A stretch of DNA of 64,000 bases. It comes from Felis catus (Eukaryota). Made by a program: the position numbers and the translations under genes. Location of the stretch: contig NC_058368.1 of NCBI RefSeq assembly GCF_018350175.1, forward strand, positions 236,160,001-236,224,000, in the 5' to 3' direction. The notes beneath the pieces were generated by a model that had not been told where the DNA came from, did not search any database, and saw only the letters and a program-made list of their open reading frames with translations. This document shows, piece after piece, positions 20,926 to 34,049 of the stretch. Positions within the stretch are counted from its first letter, which is position 1. Every line of letters begins with the position of its first letter.

Positions 20926-23900
20926 TTAAGCCACTTACTGTTAAGCTAATCCTCAAGAAGGAGATTCAGGCCTGATCAGTCCCAGAATCAGCGAAGCAAG
21001 GCTCTCTGGGCGAGCCGATCGGTGAGTGTGCCGCAGGGACAAAGGAGTATGAACTCACATGGGCCTGGAGGGTTTCAGTCTTCATCCCATAGTGGCCGTC
21101 ATCCCCGAAACACCAAGACAGACATAAAAGCAGGTGTGCTTCCGTGAAAATGCGTCGTTAGGCAAAACCGACTGCCCTCTACACCTACTCTACCAATAAG
21201 ACCTCTGCTCCCCTGGTCCTTCTCGTGAGCAAACTCCGTCCTTCTGTGTGATCATTCCCCACTCAAGTGTGCATGGCAGGTGCTGGTCACAGGTGTGGAA
21301 GAAGAGGTGAGTGCCCCCCAGATGCCAGGTGTGATTAAGCCAAGGACTTCTACCTCAGAAAATATTAGGCAGGCTACTATGTGCACATAGGTTACAATAG
21401 CATTTGAGTACGAGGAGAAAGAGTATATAGACTTAAATTAAGAATTTGTCTACCTTTGTACCGTATAGGAAAAAAAAAGTAGAGAGAAGAAACGTTGAAC
21501 TGACATTTGCACTTTAAAATGTCAATCACAGACGTCAATATCATAGACTGTAGTCTCCCGTGTGTGCGTTTAATTCTAATGGAAATAACGTGAACTAATT
21601 TTGCCAAAAGAGCTCTTTAATTATCTCTATTGGAAAAACTTCAGCAAAAGGCAAAGTTCAAATACTATACTAATTTACAGTGGTTGAGGAAAGCTTAATG
21701 CCTAAAAACAGTGAAATAAATTTAGATTTATTGTGGGTAATAATGGATAATCACAGCCATTCCAATATATTCCATGATGGCATAACATTACATAAGCTAC
21801 ATTATATTTATTATGAACATCTGGCTTACTGTATGCTATTCAGATAACTTTAATTAAACCAGCCTCCAAGCTCCCATATAATGCGAAGGCGGTTGCGGAG
21901 AGAACAGCCCTGCGCGTTCGCGAATGACTGAGCCTTAGAGGCTGTCAGCTTCAAGGTTTGAAATTGTTCCCCTCACCCAAGAGGGGCTTGAGGGAATAGC
22001 TTGCTGACCACCCTTGACTTCAGACCTGGTACGATCAGGCCAAACACGTACTTGTGAGTTCAGCTACCTAAAAATCGGTGCTCTACAAACATTCCACTCG
22101 CGGAGAATGGCACCTTTAGGATTTGGGGTACAGGACGGCTTGCAGCCACTTTGTGTGCCGCGGCCCCTCCTCTCTCCCGCGCGGTGGGCGGGCCCTGGCA
22201 GGTGCACCAGCAGGCGAGAGGCGCCTGCGCAGTGCGTGTCCGCCTGCAGGGTGAGCACAGGGTGGGGGCGTGAGAGGAAGGGCGGCCTGAGGAGGTGCTA
22301 AGCCCCGAGGCGCCTACACCCTTGGGGGTGCTGGGGGAGCAGCGAGGAACAGACCAGAAGCCCCTTGGAACTGACGCTGCCGGGGGTGGGGGGAGGCAGG
22401 CAACACGAGAGATAAATGAGGGCATCTGTGGGTGATAGGGGCTCAGGAGAGCCAGAGAGGGGCGCACGGGGCAGGCAGAGGGGAAATGACACAGGCAGGG
22501 TGCAGAGGAGGACCCGGGAAAGAGCATTTCCCTTCCCGAGCAATGCCACATCAAGACACATAAAGACAGAGAAAGCAGAGATGTGCAGCCTGAAGCATGG
22601 CCCCAGCCCAGAGCCTGGCACCTTGGAGTCTCAGAATCCCCTGGGGTCTGTTTACAAAAAACACAGCTTAGAGATCAACGTTTTTCTCTTCAGCTGCATT
22701 TTCCTCAACCCGCCCCCCACCCCCAATTAAAACAAGCAAACAAACACACAGATCTGTTGGGTGACATAAGGAATGCAATCCAGCCAACTGACAAAATAAT
22801 TTGCAAGATTTTCAAAGATTCGGGGCAAAATAAAAGTCTGACTCTATGGACGGGGACCATTGATAACCCAGGAACGTGTAGCGCTGTGGTTTATCTCTGG
22901 AGAAATGTGAAAAGCCTGGCTCACAACTTCAGAGGAGGGTCAGAGGGCTAAGGTTCAAATTCAAGTGGGCAGAATTAGCTGAGTCTTCATCTAAATATGG
23001 ACGAACAGGAACAATAAACCAGTTAGACCCATTTCTACAGTAATATGATTTTTATTGTAAGTCAGAAAGCAAGATCTGATCTCCTCTATTATTTTTTCCA
23101 GAGAGAAAAATAGAAGAATTTAGGGAAAGAATAAAATCTGTATCCCAACCTGTAGTGACAAGATCCCAAGAGATCTCCTAGCTGCTTAAAATTAAGGCAA
23201 AGGACCGACTTTACTCAGATAGTGGATTTTCTCTTCAAAGAAGAGGGAGAAATTAAGATGGGTAAGTATATACATTTTCAAAAGTGGGTGAATCACAGGA
23301 TCTATCGATTCATATTCTTGACTTGCACCACATTTCTAGAACAAATCGCTAGATAAGTCATTTTGGGGGCAGTTAGAAAACTGGGAGAAGTCACGCAAGA
23401 CCGGTGTGGATTCCCCACGAATAAGTCCTGGCCCACCTGTGCTTCCGTGAGGTCACTACAGCACAGATCAGCGAGTGTTACGGACACAACTGCGCTGAAT
23501 TCTAAAACACGTGTGACACGGTCTCATGACATCATTTGGAAATGTCTTAGGAATGAGAGTCCCAAATAGAATCGGCTTAGAAAAATTCGTTGCTAGTTAC
23601 AAAATGATTCTCAAGGAATATTAGTGGATGAAAACTGATGGATATAAATGTCTAGCGAATTGTTACAATTTCTGTTTCTGGAACCATTGTATTCCCGGGT
23701 TCAACCATGACTCAAGGGAGTGTCTTAAATACACTTTTATTAAATGCGTAGATAATCGAATCCAGAAAGACCAGATAACACAGCAGCTGATTCGAGCAGG
23801 AATTATAACTTCCGGATGGGCTGGAACCCGGAGTATCTGTGAATGTGACGGAACTCTTGGCTCACAAGCTTGGCTGGAGACTATGACTTTGTCAGAATGA

Positions 23901-26900
23901 GATACTTGTGGGGCGGAAGGAATGGGGACAGGAAATTCTAAGGGCCCCGTCAAGGCACCTGGCCTAGCTTTAGACAGAAAGGCGGTTCCTGTTGACTGGG
24001 AGTGAAGGGGGAGGCTGGCTGCAGAGGGGCTGGGCCAGTGAGGAAAGAAGTGACTTGAGTGCGTCCGGCAGTCCTGGATCCAGAAGGCAGTAGGGAGCCA
24101 GGCCGGGCAGCGTGCAATCTCCATTTTCCTGCCTTACCCAAGGGAAAGCTCCAGATCGCTCTTATAGGAAACGAAACCAAACAAAAACCGGTCAGACGCT
24201 GTATGCTTTTGTATGTTATCGCCATCCAAGGGGAACGTAAAACAGTCGGGAGGAAGGATGAGGGATACGTAGCCTGGTGGCACAGGCAGGAGCAGGTGGT
24301 CTTACGTTAGATGAGATGATCCCTGCCCCACATCGTACGGTCGTGAACTCCTTGGGGGTCCGGCTCTGGCTCCTGTCCTTATCAGAGCAGGTCCGGGGAA
24401 GGAAGGTCAAGACGTAACTACGGCACTGAGACTCTTTTTTTTCGTGACTCTCTTCCTTATATTTCCCCACCTACTGTCCTGGCAATCCAGGACAACAGAG
24501 GGCTCAGATGCCTTCCCTGCTCTTGGCCAGCAGGTACCATTCTTGCCAAACAGGACATAGGATCATCCTTCTGTCTCAAGCAACGCAGCTGAAACCTCTG
24601 GCAGCAAGTGGCTCTTGGAAATCCAGATGACTGCCCTCCGTGTGTCCTTTTGATGAAAATCCACTCTTTCTGTGATTCCAGGGAGTCATGTTACTCCTTC
24701 TAAAAATAGCTCTTAGCCCTCTGGAGGCTTTAACTGCTACCTCCTTCCCAGGCCCCCTCAAGGCACAGACCGGTCCTCTCCACTGGCTCTCTGACTCCCT
24801 TCCAGTGGCCACCTGACCCCTCCCACCGAACCACACTGTGCCCTTGAAATGGAAGAACAAGGTAATAAAGACCCGGTGAAATCCCATGCAGTGACCCACT
24901 GGACAGAGTCCAGACCTCTGCAGAGCAAAAGGAAAGACTCAGGGGTTCAGTCCGCGTGAAATGCTGAGTGACCTCTGAGCTGGTTTCCACTTGGAGGACA
25001 GGAACATCTCCGAGGCCCAGAATTCCCTCTCGATCCGTGTACCGGAAGGTGACAGCGGCCCAGCTTGCTTGTCTGGCATCAGCTGCTCCTGATGTATCCA
25101 AGAATGTTCTAGAACCCAGGAAGGTGATTCTCAGAGACATTTATCTCATCACAAAATCCTGTCTGCTACATAGGATAGCTCCGTTCCCTATCAGGAGATT
25201 ACGAACAACTGTAAGGCCAGTGAAATCTTCGTGTAAATAAATAAAATTTTTAATGGTGCCTTAGGTCAGGGATTTCTAATTTTTCCTTCTGGCAGGCTCT
25301 CGCTTCCGCAGGGAATTGGACTGCCCTGCGTTTCTATGTGGCATAAATTTTAGTTGAAATTAATGATTCTATTTGCATTCAGGAAGCAAAAGATGCAGTT
25401 ACTCCTGGTTCAAAGAGTCGGGAAAACCTACACTCATATTAATGGAAAAATTTTTTAAAGCAAAATATCAAATTTATAGTATTGAGTCTATTGTTTGAAG
25501 AATAACTTAGATAGTTTTGGAAGGCAATCGGAAAAGTTGCTTTGTTGGTTTTTAAATAGTTTGTGGAAGGCTTAGTTTGTTTATATTCAATGATTGGTTT
25601 ACCAAAACCCGAAGCATGACATTACGGTGCTACCGAAGTCTATTTTTCCTTTATGTGCTTTTTAGAAATGTCTCAAAGACTTGTGTTTTATGCATAAATA
25701 AAGAACTCTACTGTGGCCCTAGCCTTCGCCCTGCAAACAAAAGGGGAAACCAGACATCCAGCTTTGCCACAGCACTGGATTAGAGTTGACGGAATTAAAT
25801 TTTCACGGAATCTTCCTGAGCGATCTTCCGTGGGCATAGAGTGACACAGCTGAGGTCCCGAGCCCTTAACCCCCTGGGCCTCTGCTCACGGACTGAGATG
25901 GCTTCTGTCTCCATGCTCGGGGCAGGGAGCTCAGTGACTCGGGGACGGGGAGCCACCCAGGGCCCCCCGACAGGACACGGTCCCTCCCCGGCTCCGCTCA
26001 GGTCTTGACGATGTGGCCAGGCCCTCTGAGGAGCAGTGCAGAAGACAGCGCAACGGCTCCCCCACCAGCACCACCTGCCGCAGTGCGCGGCTCAGACTAC
26101 CGCCCACAGATGACATTCGGGCCCCTTCATATCGGTTTGGAAAACTGTACCCATTTTGTCAGATTGGAGCACAGTCGTTGTGTGCATTCCCGGGTCCGCT
26201 GAGAGGCACACGCCAAGAAAGGTTTCCTTAGACTGTGTCTCTGACAGAGCAACAGGGGCTGGGGGTTTCAGCCTGCGAGAGCCTCCCGCAGTGACGCAGA
26301 GAGGGACCCGTGCCGCAGGGCTCCCAGGGTGGCCGTCCTGTGCAAGTCCTCGCCACCCGGAAGGGCCCGTCGGTGGAACAGTGAGGCCTGGATGTCAGGG
26401 CCCTGCTACAGCCCCTGTGACCCAGGCTCCCCGAGGATCTTTCTCGCGGCCTCTGCAGACTGAAAACCCTCCCTCGACCTGTGCCAGCATTTTCTACAGG
26501 CCCCGTCTTAACATTCTCTGCCTGGACCCCCTTGGCATGGTTCCTTCTTTCTTCCTGTCCGTGCTTTCTAGTTAATTTTTTCCCCCTCTATCTGCTTATT
26601 ATCTTTGGACTCCACCTTGCCCACAGCCCTTTCTCCTCCCATCTCCGGACCCCGTTTGTGGATCTTATTGTCAGACGACTCCGCTGTCTAATTCCCAAAC
26701 GCTCTTGAAGGGCTTCCTCGGAATTCCAAGGAACCATCTGGACAAGGATGATGATGTCTTGAGGCTGACTTTCCAGTGCGTACAGGTGTCTCTTTCCCAT
26801 TTTTGCACCGTGACCAAACAACTCCTATCCGCCTAAACTATTAGGAGAGTAAAACATTTTCCTGAAATAGCCTTTAATTGTTAACAGTGTGTTTGCGTTA

Positions 26901-27219
26901 ACTTACGAATATGTTCCTGGGATTTTCAGATCTATGTACATATAAGAAAGCACAGTCTATGAGGCTCATGTCAGACTGGCTTCCAAAAAAAGTGTGCCAG
27001 AACCCATTCTTTTTACCACGGTTGAAAATGAGAGATTGTCCCAGAGATATTTTTTTTTTTACAACGTCCCCTAATTCGTCTGATCCTGGTGCTTCTTTAA
27101 GGAGGCGGGAATAGCAGAAGTGGCCACTGTTGTCTTTCTGATTAGACCGCTCAGCTCTCCTGCAGAAAGAGTTGCACGACTGCCCTGCCGTGTTCCACGT
27201 AAAAGTAAAATCCTGTTCC

Positions 27220-28140
27220 ACATTTTACTGCATTTGGATTACATTGAAGGTTAATTTGGGAACAGTTGACTTTTAGACATCTTAGAGTATTTTATTTGTT
27301 TGTTTCTTGTCATTGGGAACTGTAGATTCTCCGTGTGTGGAATCTTCTTTTCTGTAATTCATTTGAGTCCTCCAATCGCGTTTCTAGAGGTCCTCTGCTT
27401 CTGCGGTGAAGTTGATTTCTAGGTAGTATATGCTTTTGTTGCTATTGTCAATGGATTTTTTTTTATTTGCATAATATTAGTCATCTTGCAGTCAGGGATC
27501 TTAATCTTACCAGTTGATCCTCTTGAATTTCTTTTTTAAGTTTATTATTTATTTTTGAGAGAGAGAGAGAGCACAAGCAGGGGAGGGGCAGAGAGCAAGG
27601 GAGAATCCGAAGCAGGTTCCAGGCTCCGAGCTGTCAGCACAGAACCCGACACAGGGCGCAAACTGGTAAACCATGAGATCAAGACCTGGCCAAAGTCGGA
27701 CGCTTAACCGACTGAGCCACCCAGGCGCCCCTTGAATTTTTCAAATAGGCACTTAAACTATTCCTAAATAACAATTTATTTTTGTGAGTACCATTCGAAC
27801 CTATTTTTTAAAATTTTCTCAGAGTACGAACTGAAGCATTCAAAATTGTATTAAATAATCTTAGGAGTAAGAATGCCTGAAGCATTTACCGTTAAGTACT
27901 TAATAGCTCTTGGTTCCAGAAAGATATTCTGTAGCATATTTTTAAATGATTATTTTCTTTGTATTATATGGCTCTGTATTAAGAAATGGACTTTGCTTTT
28001 GAAGCGAGAGTAGAACTTAGATTTTGGGGTGTTAAATCTCATGACTTTGTGATCCTGGTAATCTTTCTCATTTAACCTACTTGTGTGTTAACAGGAATCG
28101 GTCACTTTTTGAAGTAAACTGTGTTTTCATTTCTGAAGAA
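27220..28140 (-). mobile_element. Highly degraded old L1M remnant, interrupted by a SINE
   Basis: ttaatttgggaacagttgac and tttctaggtagtatatgcttttgttgctattgtcaatgg resemble antisense L1 ORF2. Confidence 0.55.
27531..27731 (-). mobile_element. CanSINE
   Basis: Antisense head ...actgagccacccaggcgcccc; TSD ttgaattt. Confidence 0.96.
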
Positions 28141-28183
28141 TGCAATGGTTGTTTTTGAGGCTGTTTACAAAGACTATATGGCA

Positions 28184-28308
28184 GGGGGCCGGGTGCCTCA
28201 GTCGGTTAAGCGTCCAGCTCTCGATTTCAGCTCAGGTCGTGATCTCATGGTTCGTGAGATCTCACCCTGCCTTGGGCTCCATGCTGACAGCACAGAGCCT
28301 GCTTGGGA

Positions 28309-28369
<61 letters not shown>

Positions 28370-28447
28370 CCCCTCTCTCTGCCTCTCCGTCGTGTGCATT
28401 CATCTTTGTTTCTCTCTCTCTCAAAATAAATAAATAAACTTAAAAAA
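28184..28447 (+). mobile_element. CanSINE with long (CT)n
   Basis: Head gggggccgggtgcctcagtcggttaag, (CT)n, A tail. Confidence 0.95.
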
Positions 28448-28529
28448 GAGTGCATTGCTATCTGTGACCTAATAGCATTGTATCTGTTTCTGTGTCTCCA
28501 TTCTTAACTGTGACTGGTTGCTTTTCTTT

Positions 28530-28782
28530 CTCTCTTTTTTTTTAATTTTTTTTTTATATTTATGTCATTAGTTAGAGAGAGAGAAAGAGAGAGAGAATGT
28601 GCGACAGAGAGAGAGAGCACAAGCGGGGTAGGGGCAGAGAGAAGGAGAGACAGAATCCCAAGCAAGTTCCACACCGTCAGCGCAGAGTCTGATGTGGGGC
28701 TTGAACTCACAAACCGTGAGATCATGACCTGAACCGGGATCAAGAGTCAGATGCTTAACCAACTCAATGACACAGGTGCCCC
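28530..28782 (-). mobile_element. CanSINE
   Basis: Antisense head ...cacaggtgcccc; TSD tggttgctttt / tggctgctttt. Confidence 0.95.
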
Positions 28783-28879
28783 TGGCTGCTTTTTTTTTTT
28801 TTTTTTTCTGGCCTTGCCTTGTGCTTTCTTTTGAAATTCTAGCCATTTTACACGGTGGTTACAAAATGTAGGTTGTACA

Positions 28880-29860
28880 TTTTTTAAATGACACCTTTAT
28901 CTAGGTGTAACTGACAGGCAGTACACATATTTAAAGTACACAGTTGGAAATGTTTTGACATATGTATACGCCCATGAAATCACCACCAGAATCAAAATTG
29001 TGAACGTATCCGGGACTTCTCACGTTTCCTCATGCCCACCGATTATTCCTTCCTTCTGTCCGTCTCCATGATCCTACAGAGCAGCCTCTAATCTCCTTTC
29101 TTGCAACACGAATCAGGGTTTTAAAGGTGGAATCATACTGCATTTGTCCTTTTTTCTGGCTCTGCTTACTCAGCATAGTTATTTTGAAAGCTGTCCCTAT
29201 TCTTGAGGCATCTGTAATTTATTCATTTCTGTCTTGCTGAGTGGTTTTCCCCTATGTGGATATACCACAGTGTATCTGTGCACTTTTTGACGGACGTTCA
29301 GCTTGCTTCCATGTTTTTGGCTCTCACGAATAAAACAGCTAGGAACACTCATGTGGAAGTAGATTTCGCGTGGGCTGTGTGGCCTTTTGCCTTGGATACA
29401 CAGCTAGGAGCAGAATGACTGGATATACAAGAGCTGTTGCTCCCATGTTAAGAAACTACCAGGGACGCCTGGGTGGCTCAGTCGGTCGAGCATCGGCTTC
29501 GGCTCAGGTCACGATCTCACGGTTCGTGAGTTCGAGCCCCGCTTCGGGCTCTGTGCTGACAGCTCAGAGCCTGGAGCCTGCCTGGGATTATCTGTCTCCC
29601 TCTCTCTCTGCCCCTCCTCCACTCACGCTCTGACTCTCTCTGTCTCAGAAATAAATAAACATTAAAAAAGATTTTAAAAAAAGAAACTACCCAACTGTTG
29701 TCTAAATCAGTGGTACTATTTGGCACGCCTACCGGGCGCGCATGCGCGTCCAGGGCCCAGCACGGCCTTGCCAACATTCGTCATGGCCAAGTGGTTTCCA
29801 TCTTAGCCATCCCGGGGGTGTAGCGGCACCTCATGGTGGTTTCCTTTGTGCTCCCCATGG
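28880..29860 (-). mobile_element. L1MB-like 3' end remnant, interrupted by a SINE
   Basis: cacatatttaaagtacacagttgg...ttttgacatatgtatacgcccatgaaatcaccacca; cttactcagcatagttattttga; ggatataccacag. Confidence 0.8.
29462..29680 (+). mobile_element. CanSINE (SINEC_Fc-like)
   Basis: Full element; TSD aagaaactacc on both sides. Confidence 0.97.
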
Positions 29861-30381
29861 AACCTAGGTCATGGCGCACAGTCTCCTCACCCTGGCTTAG
29901 CATGAAGGCCTCATCACATTGGCCGTGTCTTATTTGGCCCAGCCCTTCCCGGTGGGGAAGGACACGCAGAGCGAGGGTAGGACTGGGGACTCACCCACCC
30001 AGAGTTCTTGCACTGACACAGAAGGAAGGGGCAGGAGTGTATGTGAACTTAAAGGCTAGAATTTGGGACCGTGCGTTCGTCTCTGGTATAGAATAGACTG
30101 AGGGCTTAGATAACATAGAAGAATTGTTAATCGGGCTCTTGAAATAGGTGGGAGACCAAGAAACTTTTTTCCAGAAGCTACCTCAAGAGACGTATGTTCC
30201 GAAGTTTCTCACGTCTCAAGATGCATTTCTCTTGCCTTCACTCTTGACGGAATATAAACTTGTAACATTTACTTTCACGCCCTGCGTATGGTCTCTTCCT
30301 TCACATCTTTTTGTTTCCTACTTTGGACAAGTCTGGAGACAGAGCATGTTAATACCAGTTTAATTTATGTTGTGAAATGGA

Positions 30382-30588
30382 TTTTTTTCAAGTGTTCATT
30401 CATTTTTGAGAGAGAGAGAGAGTGCAAGTGGGGTAGGGGAAGAGAGAGAGGAAGACACAGGATCCAAAGCAGGCTCCAGGCTCTGAGCTGTCAGTACAGA
30501 GCCTGACGTGGGGCTCAAACTCATGAACCACCAGATCATGACCTGAGCCAAAGTCCGTGCTCAACCGACTGAGCCACCCAGGTGCCCC
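30382..30588 (-). mobile_element. CanSINE
   Basis: Antisense head ...gagccacccaggtgcccc; TSD aaatggat. Confidence 0.96.
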
Positions 30589-30795
30589 TAAATGGATGTT
30601 TCTAGTACTTTTCAATCTTTGGAATCCAAAGACAGCTCAAGAAAGTCTGTGTTTTTAATAGTTGTTTTAGATGTATTAAACCCGCTCCATTGGCAGGTAC
30701 AGATCTTTGATTTATGATGTGGTTATACCCTTTAGATACTATATATAGAATGAGGGCCCTGTATTCCAAGGTTTAGTAAGGGTCCCTATTCTAAA

Positions 30796-31007
30796 TTTTT
30801 TTTAAATGTTTATTTATTTATTTTTGAGGGAGAGAGAGAGAGAGAGAGCAGGGGAGGGACAGAAAGAGAGGGAGATAGAATCCCAAGCAGGCTCGGTGCT
30901 ATCAGCACAGGGCCTGATGTGGGGCTTAAACCCACGAACCGTGAGATCATGACCTGAGCCGAAATCAAGAGTTGGACGCTTAACTGACTGAGCCACCCAG
31001 GTGCCCC
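30796..31007 (-). mobile_element. CanSINE
   Basis: Long TSD agtaagggtccctattctaaa / agtaagggtcctgattctaaa. Confidence 0.97.
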
Positions 31008-31529
31008 AGTAAGGGTCCTGATTCTAAAGAGTAGGTGCATTTTTATTTTTATAAATAATATGGATATAATGTGTGATATGAAAACAAATATAAATTGATA
31101 ATATTTTCTTTATATGCTGACTGTATCATTTTATAAACCCCAACTGGAGATCAACTGACTTAAAAATTAAAATTAAGCAATTTTTCTTTTTTTTCAGAAG
31201 ACTACTGAAAGGTATTAACACGGTTTATAAAGGCAAACAAAGCAATTTATATAAGGTAGAAGGAAACTAAACTAGAAAATGATACATTTAGGAGTTAAAA
31301 GGAAAGAAAATATAAAAGTGTATATAAAAGTGTATGTCATAAATATCCATACACTTGCAAGAGATTGGGCACAGATGCATTCTGATGTTTTTAATAATCA
31401 ATAGGATAAGAAAAGCCTAGTCGGTCCCTTCATAGGGCTTGTACAATGTGGGGGTGGGGAGGAAGGCAGTAAACACAAAGTGCTTAGGAGGCCCAAGCCT
31501 CATTCTGATTCTAAGATAACTCAAGATTT

Positions 31530-32061
31530 ATTTTTCTTGTTTGTTTGTTTTTGTTCTTTTTTTTATAAGCAGTCAAATAAATTGTATTTTTTTATTTTTT
31601 TCCATTTCTCATATAATGTTTATTTATTTGTTTGTTTATTTTTTTAATATGAAATTTATTGTCAAATTGGTTTCCATACAACACCCAGTGCTGATCCCAA
31701 AAGGTGCCCTCCTCAATACCCGTCGCCCACCCTCCCCTCCCTCCCACCCCCCATCAACCCTCAGTTTGTTCTCAGTTTTTAAGAGCCTAAATGTCCATCA
31801 ACTGACGGATGGATAAAGAAATTGTGGTTTATATACACAATGGAATACTACTTGGCAATGAGAAAGAATGAAATATGACCCTTTGTAGCAACGTGGATGG
31901 AACTGGAGAGTGTTATGCTAAGTGAAATAAGCCATACAGAGAAAAACAGATACCGTATGTTTTCACTCTTATGTGGATCCTGAGAAACTTAACAGAAGTC
32001 TATGGGGGAGGGGGAAGGAGAAAAAAAAAGAGGCCAGAGAGGGAGAGAACCAAAGCATAAG
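31530..32061 (-). mobile_element. Short felid L1 (L1_Fc-like) with 5' inversion and compound tail
   Basis: Antisense 3'UTR end 31646-31785 joined to sense ORF2-end/3'UTR 31786-32061; TSD tcaagattt (31521-31529 / 32062-32070). Confidence 0.93.
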
Positions 32062-32793
32062 TCAAGATTTCTTAAAGGTCGTCAGGACAAGAGCCCAGGA
32101 TGATGTCATGTTCAACCGTCTTGACCACATCCTCCAAGTCAACACAGTGATGGCATTTTGAGACCTCTATCTAGTCCGATCTCATGAGAAGAGCCAGGAT
32201 CTCCCTGTTGAATCAAAGTTCAATAAAGGATATTCTTTCTCAGGGGTTGTCGTGGTATAATCAAAGGAATCAGCTGTGCCAAATCAACTTAAACCAAGAA
32301 TAAGTTTTAGAATATTCCGAGAATAGCTGTATTTCATCTTCTCAGGCACCCTCCTTAAGTATCTTCTATCTCTTGAGACTTTGGTGGATTGTCCGTGGCA
32401 GGTAGGCTCAGAGGCTGAGAGGCAGACACCAGGATGCAGCCCTTCTCTTTGTCCGTTAAATGCAGGCACTGATGTCTCAGTAAATAGAGCTTCAGTAGAA
32501 GGAACGCGGAAAATGTCTCATCCAACTTCAGGGCCCAACAGGAGAAATACTGCTTTTACCCAGAGCCACGTCTCGGGGCACCTGCGTGCAGGGTCAGGAT
32601 GCTAGTGAATTATTGCTGACCAGTTTTTTTTTTTCTCTACAAGAAGGTTTAGTCCTTTGCCACATTTCACAAATGCTCAGGTGCCTTTACCCTCCCCCCC
32701 CCCCAACTAGACCCTTTGTTTCTCATTCTTTTCTTTATTGAACGATAGGTATTTCTTACATGGCTGGATTTCGGAGGATTGTACAATTGAAAC

Positions 32794-33014
32794 TTCTTTT
32801 ATTTTCACGTTTATTTATTTATTTTTAGAAAGAAAGAGAGAATGAGCAGGAGAGAGGCAGGGAGAGAGAGAGGGTGAGAGAGAGAGAATCCCAAGCTGTC
32901 TCCACGCTGTCAGCGCAGAGCCTGACGCGGGGCTAGAACTCATGAACCGTGAGACCAAGACCTGAGCTGAAATGAAGAGTCAGAGGCTCACCCAACCGAG
33001 TCACCCAGGCGCCC
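32794..33014 (-). mobile_element. CanSINE
   Basis: Antisense head ...tcacccaggcgccc; TSD tacaattgaaac / tacaactgaaac. Confidence 0.96.
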
Positions 33015-33074
33015 TTACAACTGAAACCCCTTCAGGTTACTTCCTTCTTTCTTTCTTTCTTCCTTCTTTCTGCT

Positions 33075-33397
33075 CAGGGGACCTATATGGCAAGGAACTG
33101 AGACCGGCCTCTGGCCAACAGCAAGCTGGGAACTTAGACTTTTGTCCTCAAACAATTCACAAGACAACAAATATGGCCAACAATGATGTAAATCAGCTTA
33201 GAAGCAAACCCTTCCCCAGCTGAGTCCAGATGAGCCTTGAGCCCTGGCCAGCACCTTGAGTGCAAACGGAAGAGGGTGGCCCAGATGAGGCAATGCCCAG
33301 GTCCTTGGCCTGCAGAACTCCGCGCCATGGACCCGTGTAGTTTTAAGCTGCTAAATTTTGTGATCCTTTGTTCTGCAGCAATAGATAAGTGATGCAA
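33075..33397 (+). mobile_element. MLT1E/F-like MaLR LTR, 3' part
   Basis: atggcaaggaactgag...ttttaagctgctaaattttgtgatcctttgttctgcagcaatagataa. Confidence 0.85.
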
Positions 33398-34049
33398 TAC
33401 CATAGTTTGATCTTAGGTCCATTTAAAATCAATTATTTTTTTATAGAGACAACTCATAAAATGTGGTGCTCTCAAAAGACTGGTAGGGACTTAAGGCAAC
33501 ATTGGATCCAGTTACAGCATATGGTAGTGTTTATTCTGACTCCTCTGAATTTAAAAACTTAATGGTTTAATATCATTTGTCAACATTGGGTGCTTAACCT
33601 TTAACTTCATAGATGCCACCTTGTCCCAGAGAAAAGTTCTCAAGACTAGTGGATTTTTTTTGTAGAATTACTGCCTTGGGGTCAAACAATAGGCAGCTCC
33701 AGTAACTAATGTGGAGCATAACGCCATACTAGGCTGTCGTCCCCCAACAGTGAGATTTTCACGTTGCTCGTGTTGTCCTCAGAAATGATGTCTCCAGTCA
33801 GTTATCTTCGTTTATATTGACGACATACACTGTAGAAAAAAAATGAAGAAATCATATCTTTATCTCCAGAAGATTTGTCACCAGCTGGCTTTCCTGTTTA
33901 ATTATCAGCGTGGCAAGGAGGACATCTAGAAAGGATGATAACAGTGTAGTTTCAGAAATGTGTGCTGCAGTAGCTGAGGACAAATCATGAAAACTTTTCT
34001 ACATAAAAAGGCGTTCATTTTTTTTGAAAAAGTTGTCACAAATCTTTCT

